Part shown: piece after piece, positions 8,460-17,376 of the stretch
Layout of the letters: each line of letters begins with the position of its first letter
How positions within the stretch are numbered: the first letter of the stretch is position 1
IMG/VR virus record: IMGVR_UViG_3300014039_000538
Coordinates: 2,460-66,459 of that record
Strand: one strand, 5' to 3'
Length of the DNA stretch: 64,000 nt
Origin: a virus
Lineage: Duplodnaviria > Caudoviricetes
The notes under the pieces: generated by a model
Database searches by the model: none
Told to the model about the DNA's origin: nothing
What the model saw: the letters and a program-made list of their open reading frames with translations, nothing else
Position numbers and translations under genes: made by a program

Positions 8460-10504
8460 TATTCACCCCCAAACCACAAAGCATAGAGAGTTATGTCTTC
8501 TGTAATCGGTGTAGAGAAGTCAAACTCTTCATACTGATATTCAGTTGTCATGATAGGCTCGTCGTTTTCGTCGGTCTCACCTGTAGGCACTTCAACCTCT
8601 GTTCGTGTACGCCACATTTCAAAACTGTAGCCTTCTTTAACTGGAATCTCCGGGAATATCGCTTTATTGCCATATCCTACATTCTGTGTTTCTACCGCAC
8701 TGCCGCCGTCAGAATCAAAAGTTACATCGCAAATTGTTTCAGTCCATTTTGCATAAAGAGTGATATTTGCATTAACCAGCGTAGTGTTAAATCTGAACTC
8801 GTTCGTTCCTGCTGCGTCCGTTGCCCAGTAAACAAAGTCATAACCTTCTTTTGTCGGGTCTGTAGCCGGTTTTGTCGCATATCCGCCGATAACAACGCGC
8901 TGCGATTCAACGGCACTACCGCCCTGCGAATTGAAAGTAACAGTATTTGAAATCTGAACCCAACAAGCATAAAGCGTGATGTCGTTTGTAACCGGCGTTG
9001 AAAAGTCGTAAACATTCTGCAATTCAGAATCAGTACACCAGTACGCAAAAGTGTAATTCTCTTTTGTCGGTGTTTTCGGATATACCGCAAGTCCGCCGGT
9101 CGTTACTGTCTGTGTATCTACAACGCTTCCGCCGTTTGAGTTGAAAACGATGTTATAAGTTTTCATCCAACTTGCATAAAGCGTAAAATTGCTATTTACC
9201 GTAGAAGTCCAGTCGTATTCATGAGTGCAAGCATAATCCGTGTACCATTTGTCAAAAGCGTAACCGCTTCTTGTCGGCGGTGTCGGTGGTGTCGCAACTG
9301 TTCCAACTTCCACTTTTTTAGGCGTTACCTGCGAACCGTTGCGGCTATTGAATGTAATAGTCGCCGTCGCAAGATTCCATTTTGCATAAAGAGTAAGGTT
9401 TGATGTTACTTCCTGCGAAAAGTTATATTCTGTAGTCAGCGCGGAATCTGAACACCAACAAGCGAAAGCATAATCGTCTCTTGCAGGGGCTGCCGGTTTA
9501 GTAACGGTCTTTGAATATTCCACTTTTTGACTTGAAACATTTGTACCGCCGTTTGAATTGAAAGTAACGGTAAAATTAGAAGTCTGCTGAATCTTTCCTT
9601 TTTGCGCCGTGTCCGAATTATCTTTTGCAAGTCCGCCGAAAGTAGTACAAGTGTGCAGAAAGTTTTTTGTAGTATTGTAAAAACTGTTTGAATCGCCGCC
9701 CATAATACGGCTTACTAAATCAAGTCCGCTACCGACATTTAATGCTACAAGGCTGCCAGAAATATCCCGGTTTTTTACCATTTCCGCCGCAAGTTTTACC
9801 CTTGCGCAATAGTCCGCAACTTCTGACGCTGCTGCCGTCGCCGCTTCCGTAATGCTCATAACGGTAGAAATACCGTCCATTACATCTTGTACGGAGTTTA
9901 TTGCGTTTGATACATCGCCGAAAAGTCCTGCTGCCTTCTTTTCGTCGTCCTCAACGCCTATCATTTCAAGAGTATAATTGTATGTCTTCGGTTTGCTCTT
10001 ATCGCGCTTGATTTTCAGGTCTTTAATAAAAACGCGCCAATAGTTACGGCTTGCAACGCCTGTCGCAAGCTGCAAAACGCTCATTTTTGAAAGGTCATAC
10101 AGATAAACTTTTCTGTTACTTCCTACATCGCTTTTTGTCTTCCTGAAAAATCCTGTTGATACTTTACCGTCCGACCAGTTTTTAATAATCTTCTGCAATT
10201 CAAAGATTTCTTTAGTTCCAGTCAGGTATAAAGGCACTTTTTTAAGTCCGCGATAAATCAGCTTCTTTTCTTCGTTTACGGTCGTACCGCTTAAAGTAAT
10301 TCTGTAAGAATCGTTTCCGTAATCATCAAATACAGAACCGCCGAAAGTCTTAGTTTCGGTTACACGCTGCGGAAATTGTAACTCTTCACTCTCCGGCGGT
10401 ACGGAAAAAGTAAAACACTCTTTCAGGTCGTCGCCTTCAAGAAATTCAAGCATATACGCCTTGCGCCACTGTAAAAGACTTATTGAACCCATTGCACACC
10501 CCAC
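8459..10504 (-). CDS. Tail/baseplate protein with five Listeria-Bacteroides (InlB B/Flg_new-like) repeats
   Basis: Five units of about 66 aa, TF(N/D)SxGG...P...GY.F..W......F...V...TLYAxW, at about 8470-9575. Confidence 0.75.
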   Translation of the reverse strand: MGCAMGSISLLQWRKAYMLEFLEGDDLKECFTFSVPPESEELQFPQRVTETKTFGGSVFDDYGNDSYRITLSGTTVNEEKKLIYRGLKKVPLYLTGTKEIFELQKIIKNWSDGKVSTGFFRKTKSDVGSNRKVYLYDLSKMSVLQLATGVASRNYWRVFIKDLKIKRDKSKPKTYNYTLEMIGVEDDEKKAAGLFGDVSNAINSVQDVMDGISTVMSITEAATAAASEVADYCARVKLAAEMVKNRDISGSLVALNVGSGLDLVSRIMGGDSNSFYNTTKNFLHTCTTFGGLAKDNSDTAQKGKIQQTSNFTVTFNSNGGTNVSSQKVEYSKTVTKPAAPARDDYAFACWCSDSALTTEYNFSQEVTSNLTLYAKWNLATATITFNSRNGSQVTPKKVEVGTVATPPTPPTRSGYAFDKWYTDYACTHEYDWTSTVNSNFTLYASWMKTYNIVFNSNGGSVVDTQTVTTGGLAVYPKTPTKENYTFAYWCTDSELQNVYDFSTPVTNDITLYACWVQISNTVTFNSQGGSAVESQRVVIGGYATKPATDPTKEGYDFVYWATDAAGTNEFRFNTTLVNANITLYAKWTETICDVTFDSDGGSAVETQNVGYGNKAIFPEIPVKEGYSFEMWRTRTEVEVPTGETDENDEPIMTTEYQYEEFDFSTPITEDITLYALWFGGE

Positions 10505-10506
10505 TA

Positions 10507-11112
10507 TTAAGACATAGAACCTGCGCCAATGCTTCCGGCAAGGTTTGCTTGTCCTTGTGTCGCAATAACCCCGGCTTTTAAATACGCCGTTATTACTGTA
10601 GCCATTTGTCCGGCTAAATATTCATCGCCGCCGCTTGTCATAGTTGCCATTGCATTAAAGGCGGCTAAAAATCCACTCTGCAAAGTTGCCATAACGCCGG
10701 TAAAAGTTCCCTTTTTCGTTCCTGCCGTCGTGAACGGTGTACCACTCGGCGGCGTTACCGTTCCTTTTACCGTTGTATTTACAGTTCCGGCAATCATCAT
10801 TGAATCAATACCGCTTGCAAGCTGCGCCGCTAAATAAGCGTCTCCGCCTGTAACCATACTTGCCATAGCCTTACAAGCTGCATAAACAATGTTTTCGCAA
10901 ATACTCGAATCTACGGTAATAGAACCATTTCCCGAACCAACAAACGCGCCTTGTGAAATAGTTCCGGCGTCGCTTGTTGAAATGCTTCCTGATTCTGCAT
11001 AATCAGCAACTTTCGCGCTCACTTCGCGCGCAAAATATCTGTCGTCGCCGTCGGTCATATTGCGAAAAATTGAGAGAAGGTCATTTTTAAGTTTGCTCTG
11101 ATTCAAACTCAT
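10507..11112 (-). CDS. Baseplate-region protein with three internal repeats
   Basis: MTDGDDRYFA / MVTGGDAYLA / MTSGGDEYLA; follows the spike gene. Confidence 0.55.
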   Translation of the reverse strand: MSLNQSKLKNDLLSIFRNMTDGDDRYFAREVSAKVADYAESGSISTSDAGTISQGAFVGSGNGSITVDSSICENIVYAACKAMASMVTGGDAYLAAQLASGIDSMMIAGTVNTTVKGTVTPPSGTPFTTAGTKKGTFTGVMATLQSGFLAAFNAMATMTSGGDEYLAGQMATVITAYLKAGVIATQGQANLAGSIGAGSMS

Positions 11113-11948
11113 TTAAACACCTGCCCCCATTTTGTTTTTATTGCCGTAATCTTTGCGATAAAAGAAGGCATAAACATATGTGTTGCCGGGCTTCCGTATG
11201 TAACCGGCGACGAATCCGATAAAGCATCCAGTAAATCACTTATCATCGCTCCTAGCGTTGCCACACTGTTACCGACTTCAAGTTTGCCGGTCTTTGAAGA
11301 CTTCAAGGAAACATCGCCCTCGGTCTCATAAGTAAAGCCTTCTTTGTCTTTCAGCGTGATTTTCTTGTCAGTCTCAATATTCACGCCGTTACTTTTATCA
11401 ACGGTAATCGTTGTACCGTGAATTGTAATAGTCGCCTTTTCGTCGCCCTCGCTCTCTTGGTCAATCTCAATCTTGATTGTAGGGTCTGAATCTGTCTTGT
11501 TTTCAAACTTCTTTGTACCTGTGCGGTAATCAACGGTCTTTTTCCAACCGCTATTTTCTACCTGCTCAAAAGTGTTTGCAGCGTCTTCACCTTCCTGCTT
11601 AAAATCCGCGTGTACTGCTTCCTGTCTTGTGAATCCTGAACACAAAACAAACGCGCTCGAATACTCGCCTGTAGGCATGAGGCAGAAAACATAAGTATCA
11701 ACCGGCGGTAAATGTCGCTCGCCTGTCAGGTGCTTACCATCCACAACCGTTACCCATTCTTTACTTGCAATGCGAACGCCGGAAAGTTCAAAGCCTAAAT
11801 TAGTGCGAACATGAACCGTACAGTCTTCCGGGTGTACTTCCGTAACAACGCCCCAAAAACCCATTTGATAGTCATAAGGTGAAGAATTCTTGAACGGATT
11901 TTGAGAAGGCGCGTTTTTCTTTTTCTGTAAACTTATATTCAAAGCCAT
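11109..11948 (-). CDS. Baseplate central spike (gpV/gp5-like)
   Basis: N-terminal GFWGVVTEVHPEDCTVHV OB-fold-like segment, then beta-strand repeats; located between hub and wedge genes. Confidence 0.65.
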   Translation of the reverse strand: MALNISLQKKKNAPSQNPFKNSSPYDYQMGFWGVVTEVHPEDCTVHVRTNLGFELSGVRIASKEWVTVVDGKHLTGERHLPPVDTYVFCLMPTGEYSSAFVLCSGFTRQEAVHADFKQEGEDAANTFEQVENSGWKKTVDYRTGTKKFENKTDSDPTIKIEIDQESEGDEKATITIHGTTITVDKSNGVNIETDKKITLKDKEGFTYETEGDVSLKSSKTGKLEVGNSVATLGAMISDLLDALSDSSPVTYGSPATHMFMPSFIAKITAIKTKWGQVFK

Positions 11949-11951
11949 AAA

Positions 11952-13397
11952 CTACCTTCTTATTGTCAAAAGATTCTTATTAGAATCCTGTCCTTTCTGC
12001 AAAAGCGACACTAAAGATGTAAGATTTTCAATCTTGCCGCTAAACTTGCCGCTTACATACTTACCGCCGCGGCTTACTGAAAGATTCACCTCGCCGCCCT
12101 GTCCGTAGTTCCATGAGTGAGTAACGCCCTCAACATAAAACTCACCTTCCAAAAACTTTACGACTTCGCCCGGTTGAATCTTGTTTGTAGCGTTATCGCC
12201 GTCAAAAACCATAGAGAGAGTAACCGAACCTTTAAGCATATTAGGAAGATTCTCATACCATTCTTTAAGTTTCTCGCTCATTTCTGCCATACTGCTAGGC
12301 GTGTCGCTATCCTGTTCGCCGTCTTTAGTTCCATAACCGATAAAATGCGCTATCATCGGTCTATAACCGTAGGTCTTAAACGTCTCTGTATCTTTGAGAA
12401 CTTCATCAACACCGGCTTTATCAATAGTCGTACTAATCATTAAAGACTTTTGCTCGTCCACTGGATAACCGTTCAAATAAGCATAAAACGCGGTATAAAC
12501 TTCATTGTCCGATTCTGTCAAATCAAAAGACTGTAAAACGGTAGCCGGAATCGGTGTAGCATTTAAGCCGCTCCAATTACTTGAAGAAAACGGCACAAGC
12601 CGCATTTTGATTTTCATTTTGCCGTCAGTTCCCATGTATGCAAACTTTTCATAGCATGGACTGGGAATGATTTCATCAATCAGGCTAAAAAAATCCTGTG
12701 TAGTCTGTCCTTTGAAAATGCAACCCAACGGATAATGGAATTTTGAATCATCTACATCAAACAAGCTGTCAATACTTCCGGCAAAACGTTCAATATATTC
12801 TTTGATTTTTGGTGTTCCTATCTGTTGTGAGATTTCATAGAAACAATCCCAAACCATTTTGACAATTTTCTTTACTTCTTTTTCTTTCTCTCCGTTGATA
12901 GTGAGTTTTTTTATCAATTCTGCCTGTGTGCGCAATTCCTTAGTCATTGCGCAAGCTGCGACATCAAGATTTATATAGAACTGGCTCACAAGCCCGGTTA
13001 TCGCCGTACCTGTTATTGATATTCTGCGATGTCCGCCGCTATCGTTTGTCTGCGCAACATATTTCTTGCTTCTGATAATTCCACAAAATACCGGCTTTTC
13101 TGATGATGTTCCGTTGCCTTCGTAAATCTCAACAATCTGCAATTTCTCAAAATCGTCAAAAAGTGAGAAGGTGTTACCCTTGCCGTCGTTATAATCAGGA
13201 TAAAAAGTAGCGGAAAAACTTCCTGAAATATCATTGATTGAAAGTGTAAAAGAGTATGAAAGAAGGTTTGTATTTTTACCTGCGACAAATTCAAGTTCCG
13301 CGCCACTGTTTTTAGATTTAACAGTTTTCCCGGTTTCAGGGTCTTTGATGATGATTTTAGGGCAAGGTCTTTGATAAATTATTTGTCTTGCGTTCAT
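11952..13397 (-). CDS. Baseplate hub protein (gp27/gpD-like)
   Basis: Follows tape measure; C-terminal IQPGEVV...EFYVEGVTHSW...LSVSRG. Confidence 0.65.
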   Translation of the reverse strand: MNARQIIYQRPCPKIIIKDPETGKTVKSKNSGAELEFVAGKNTNLLSYSFTLSINDISGSFSATFYPDYNDGKGNTFSLFDDFEKLQIVEIYEGNGTSSEKPVFCGIIRSKKYVAQTNDSGGHRRISITGTAITGLVSQFYINLDVAACAMTKELRTQAELIKKLTINGEKEKEVKKIVKMVWDCFYEISQQIGTPKIKEYIERFAGSIDSLFDVDDSKFHYPLGCIFKGQTTQDFFSLIDEIIPSPCYEKFAYMGTDGKMKIKMRLVPFSSSNWSGLNATPIPATVLQSFDLTESDNEVYTAFYAYLNGYPVDEQKSLMISTTIDKAGVDEVLKDTETFKTYGYRPMIAHFIGYGTKDGEQDSDTPSSMAEMSEKLKEWYENLPNMLKGSVTLSMVFDGDNATNKIQPGEVVKFLEGEFYVEGVTHSWNYGQGGEVNLSVSRGGKYVSGKFSGKIENLTSLVSLLQKGQDSNKNLLTIRR

Positions 13398-13414
13398 TCA
13401 GTTTACACCCTCTT

Positions 13415-13562
13415 AAAACAAAAAAAGCAACCAAAACACCTGGAAACTGCGCCCCGATGTTCCAAGCTGCCTTTATGAAAGTGCAAACTTCTATTCTCGA
13501 TTACGATTTAATAAAGTTGTAATTCTTATTTACATATTACACCAAAACCCCCTCGCGGTCAA
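13415..13562 (-). promoter_or_regulatory. Leader cassette A: promoter, conserved box, terminator
   Basis: TTGACC-N17-TAATAT (13562-13534); TTTGCACT-N6-AAGGCAG (13487-13467); hairpin; U7 at 13420-13426. Confidence 0.7.
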
Positions 13563-15944
13563 TTATTCAGATTTAATAGTAATATCTCCGAACAATTCTT
13601 TAAGCATAGACCTTAAAGCTGCAAGATAAGAATCTGTATTACCACTTTCATAAGCTGCTTTTAAATTCTTATCCCTTTGCATTTTTCTAATTGCGTCGTC
13701 TACTTCGCCCTCGTCTACAATACCGTCCGCCTTATGTCCGCCAGTACCGAATAAGCCGCCTTTTTTATATCCTAAAGCTGCATACTTTCCGATTTCTTCA
13801 ATGGCTAGTTTATCGAGTTCATCATTTCCTGTGCCTTCTGAATAAAGGTTAGCGAAAACGCTATTATCATTTATTTTATATCCTCGTAGGTTTGCAAAAG
13901 ACAAGCCTTTAGAACCTGTTATATAACTCTTTACCGCCCCGGAATAATCTCCAAGATTTGATGATTCTTCCGCAACAAGTTCTGCTACAAGGTTTTGTCC
14001 TAAAGGCGTCTCTAAAGCTTCAGGATTTATTGATGAATCTAAAGCAATATTTTCTGCGACTTTTATAGCGTTTTCTTCCGAACTGGCTACCGATAGTGCT
14101 TTTTTCATAATATTTGTACCGTCGCCGTCGTCCGCTTCTTTAGGAGTATTCTTTTTGTTTTCTGCAATATCGTCAAGTTTCCTTAAATTCTGCCAAAATG
14201 ACGATTTAGAATCAAGAACTTCACTCGTTGCTATTCTGTTTATATCATCCTGCCACTTTGTCTCTTCGCTCTGATAATTGCGGTCTTTCTGCATTTTTGC
14301 TACTTCGTTCGCAAAATCCTGTTCCGTATAACCGCCTGTGCCGATTTTATCAGCCATTGCAGCGACATCAACCGCACCGTTGTAATTCAGTTTGAAGATG
14401 TCCTTAAAACGCTCAACTCTTGCAGCATAATTTCCGCCCTCAAGGTCTTTTACGCTCTTTGCAATCGCTGCGAACATTTCAGGATTATTTCCTTGTTCCA
14501 TAAGCAGCATTTCGTCAATGTATGTTCCGCTTGCCCTATTTCCTAAATACTTCTCTTTATTGCCTTTTACATTCAATACATCTCTTGCCGCACCTGCTAC
14601 AATAACATCGCTTACGCTCTGCAAAGCCGTTGCGCTTGAAATACCGCTATTCATTTGCGCAAGTCGTTTCGCGCCCTGCTCACCCTGCCACAATGGACTA
14701 TTGTCGCTTAACCGTGAGAACATTACGAATGTTTTAGAGACATCTTCCGCGCTCTTTACATAACCGTTTGCGATTCCGTCCTCAATAACGCTCTGCAAAG
14801 ACTGTAAAAACTCTTCATTCTGCGCTTTTGTAAGTCCTGCCGCCTGTCTCGCCTGACTTGCATAGCCTAAAACATCGCTATTGTCGCCGTAACGCCTTGC
14901 AGTTCCTAAGAAATTCTGAATAACTCCGGCATCCGTTCCCGTCGCTTGCGCCCACATAGCAATATCTCTTGCCTGTGTCATAGCGTCCGACTGTGTGCCT
15001 CCGAACTTTGATTGTCTTGTAGCAAGGCTTAAAAACTCTTCCGTTGAAAGTCCTGTAGCGTTTGCCTTATCTGTAGCGTCTTTTAAAATAGCGTCGGTCT
15101 TATTGCTATTCTCTAGCCATGTACCGCCGTCCGAAAACCTTTTATTGAGTGCATTAGTTCCGGCAAGTGTTTTTCTGTACGCTTCACCCTCTGCAATATC
15201 GGCTCTTGCGTCTCCTGCCCAGTATTTCGCAAGCGCGCCGCCGATTTCTGCAATTCCGCCGGCAGCCATTAAGCCCCAACCGACCGGCGTTGCACCAAGC
15301 ATTAAACCTGTACCAAGCAAACTACCGCCGATTCCCTGCGCAATTCCTGCGCCGCTCTCTACCGCTGCGACATCAGCACCCAAATAGTCGCCGTTTGCCA
15401 TAGCGATACGATGATTAAAACCGATTCCGGCAATCTGATTAGCGTAACTCAAACCTTGTGTAAGGTATCTTGAAACGCCGTACTTTTTAATCATATCCAT
15501 TACAGAACTATCGCTTTTATCGGCGGTTTCAAGGCGTTTTTTCTCCGCTTCAAGCTGCCTTTTTTCCTGCTCCGCATTGTTCAATGCAGCGGAAAGATTA
15601 AAAGATTCTTTCGACTGTCCTTTTTCGGTTGATTCTTTCAACTGGTCTGTAAGAGTAGTAATAACGCGCGTAATTGTTTCAAGTCTTATATCAAGCTGCC
15701 GCGCATTGTTGTATTGTGTCGTATTTTGCAGGTTTGAACCGTTGCCGCCATTATTGCCGCCGACGACTGAAAAGCCCGGATTCTGCATAAAGGCAATATC
15801 CTGCGTAATCTTTGCAGCCTCGCCCCAGTTTCCGGCGTCCTGCGCTGCTTTAAGTTTTCTCTGCAATTCCTCAATAGAGTTTCCGAGCGCGCCTATATTT
15901 CTCTGCGCGTCCGATGTATCGGCGTTCAATCTCAATGCAACCAT
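13563..15944 (-). CDS. Tape measure protein
   Basis: 793 aa, helical, Ala/Gly-rich with a hydrophobic segment; follows tube and chaperone genes. Confidence 0.8.
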   Translation of the reverse strand: MVALRLNADTSDAQRNIGALGNSIEELQRKLKAAQDAGNWGEAAKITQDIAFMQNPGFSVVGGNNGGNGSNLQNTTQYNNARQLDIRLETITRVITTLTDQLKESTEKGQSKESFNLSAALNNAEQEKRQLEAEKKRLETADKSDSSVMDMIKKYGVSRYLTQGLSYANQIAGIGFNHRIAMANGDYLGADVAAVESGAGIAQGIGGSLLGTGLMLGATPVGWGLMAAGGIAEIGGALAKYWAGDARADIAEGEAYRKTLAGTNALNKRFSDGGTWLENSNKTDAILKDATDKANATGLSTEEFLSLATRQSKFGGTQSDAMTQARDIAMWAQATGTDAGVIQNFLGTARRYGDNSDVLGYASQARQAAGLTKAQNEEFLQSLQSVIEDGIANGYVKSAEDVSKTFVMFSRLSDNSPLWQGEQGAKRLAQMNSGISSATALQSVSDVIVAGAARDVLNVKGNKEKYLGNRASGTYIDEMLLMEQGNNPEMFAAIAKSVKDLEGGNYAARVERFKDIFKLNYNGAVDVAAMADKIGTGGYTEQDFANEVAKMQKDRNYQSEETKWQDDINRIATSEVLDSKSSFWQNLRKLDDIAENKKNTPKEADDGDGTNIMKKALSVASSEENAIKVAENIALDSSINPEALETPLGQNLVAELVAEESSNLGDYSGAVKSYITGSKGLSFANLRGYKINDNSVFANLYSEGTGNDELDKLAIEEIGKYAALGYKKGGLFGTGGHKADGIVDEGEVDDAIRKMQRDKNLKAAYESGNTDSYLAALRSMLKELFGDITIKSE

Positions 15945-15966
15945 AAATTACTACTCCCAAAGCATT

Positions 15967-16023
15967 AAAAAAGAAACAGTCCGCTTCCAGTCCATTAACA
16001 GACTAAAAACAGACTGTTTTCTT
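15967..16023 (-). terminator. Terminator-like hairpin just upstream of the tape measure gene
   Basis: AAACAGTCTG...CGGACTGTTT outer stem, inner AGTCTG/TGGACT stem, then a U-run. Confidence 0.5.
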
Positions 16024-16027
16024 TCCG

Positions 16028-16303
16028 CTACTTCATATTCAAAATATCCTCGTCCGTATATCCCAAGTCTTTCAACTCGTCGTCGTGGATTTCTTTTTCC
16101 TTTTCCATTTCGTCCTTTAAGTAACCGTTCAAAATACTTTCTTCCGTGAAGGTATTTGCGAACCTAAAGAACAATTCTATAAAGTCGTCGTCAATGTCAT
16201 TTAACTTTACCGGCAACTCCCGAAAATATACCATTGTCCACAGTTTCCGAAATGTCCTCTTCGACAACAGTTCTTTTATCGGTCTTTTCTTCATTTCCTC
16301 TAA
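16028..16303 (-). CDS. Tail assembly chaperone, second (gpT-like) segment
   Basis: RPIKELLSKRTFRKLWTMVYFRELP... overlaps the chaperone C-terminus in the +1 frame; start uncertain (frameshift or ATG near 16234). Confidence 0.5.
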   Translation of the reverse strand, partial: LEEMKKRPIKELLSKRTFRKLWTMVYFRELPVKLNDIDDDFIELFFRFANTFTEESILNGYLKDEMEKEKEIHDDELKDLGYTDEDILNMK

Positions 16304-16706
16304 AGTTACTCTGCACTTTAAGACGAAAAGACCATGCCTTAACATACACTTCATCAATGAAGTCTGTATCAGGCATATCCCCCCAACTGAATGATTTATT
16401 TTTTTCTTTGATATTGTTAAACCAGTTTTCGCCGGATTCAATTACTACATCAAGATAGGCTACTTTCTGCATAGCAAAGTTTGCCATATCGTCAAAGCTG
16501 CTTGCCGGAAGTCCGCCGCGCATTGCAGCAATTTTTCTGTCAATAAACATCAAGTCTTTCTGCTTCGGAAATTTCACTACAAACTTTCCGCGTGATGTTT
16601 CAATAGTCTCTTTTACTGTTTTTCCGTTCAAAAGTGCATAGAAAATATCTTCCTGCTTTTCGTCGTCAAATACTTCTGCCTGTTTAATTTCTTCGGTAAT
16701 TTCCAT
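16197..16706 (-). CDS. Tail assembly chaperone (gpG-like)
   Basis: Between tube and tape measure; likely start MEITEE at 16706 behind GAGGTG. Confidence 0.65.
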   Translation of the reverse strand: MEITEEIKQAEVFDDEKQEDIFYALLNGKTVKETIETSRGKFVVKFPKQKDLMFIDRKIAAMRGGLPASSFDDMANFAMQKVAYLDVVIESGENWFNNIKEKNKSFSWGDMPDTDFIDEVYVKAWSFRLKVQSNFRGNEEKTDKRTVVEEDISETVDNGIFSGVAGKVK

Positions 16707-16864
16707 TTCTTCACCTCTCATATAAGAATTGTTTTTCAAAAAGTTCTCAAAATTGCCCTATAACCGCCTAAAATAGGCTCTAGGAGCGTCCTTTATAGCA
16801 AGTTCGATAATTTAATCAAACTTGCCAAAAGAAGCCCTAGAATAGCCCATTTTTAAGCCCTTTA

Positions 16865-17365
16865 TTATTTATTGTAAAGGTCGCTATTTGGATAATCAGA
16901 ACCGTTAAAGAATCCGATTGATTCAAAAGAACAGTTTGCAATCATATAGCCCTTGCCACTTGAACGCTCTGAATAAGAGTTCAGGATAGCCCAAGTTGTA
17001 GAGGCGATAACTGCCTTTGCCTTCTTGTCGTAAAGTTCAAGATACGGAATCTTAGCCGTTTTCTCTTCCTCGACGATTGTATCAATGTTCGGATTGAGTT
17101 CCTTAATACAAGCCGCGTCGTTAAGACTGAATCCTTTAGCCGGTACGAATCCGCTGAATGTAGTGCTTACGCTTACACCAGTGATGTCGATAGCTACCGG
17201 CAAAAACTCGCCCAATACTTCGGCTTTCTGTGTTTGGAACTGCGCGCGCATTTCAAAGTCCTGTACAAGACCAATAGGTTTTGCACTTGCGGCGTCTGCA
17301 CCTGCGCGTACGATACAGTTCTTGCCCTGCACAAGGGAATCGCCCTGCAAATTGTAATCTGCCAT
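16865..17365 (-). CDS. Tail tube protein
   Basis: 166 aa directly after sheath; IGLVQDF...AEVLGE..P..I motif. Confidence 0.75.
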   Translation of the reverse strand: MADYNLQGDSLVQGKNCIVRAGADAASAKPIGLVQDFEMRAQFQTQKAEVLGEFLPVAIDITGVSVSTTFSGFVPAKGFSLNDAACIKELNPNIDTIVEEEKTAKIPYLELYDKKAKAVIASTTWAILNSYSERSSGKGYMIANCSFESIGFFNGSDYPNSDLYNK

Positions 17366-17376
17366 ATTTTACCCCC

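Noticed and set aside
13480-13487. TTTGCACT box as the -35 of a second promoter
   Set aside because: No -10-like hexamer 17 nt downstream in the copies checked (A and B); a consensus promoter already lies upstream.
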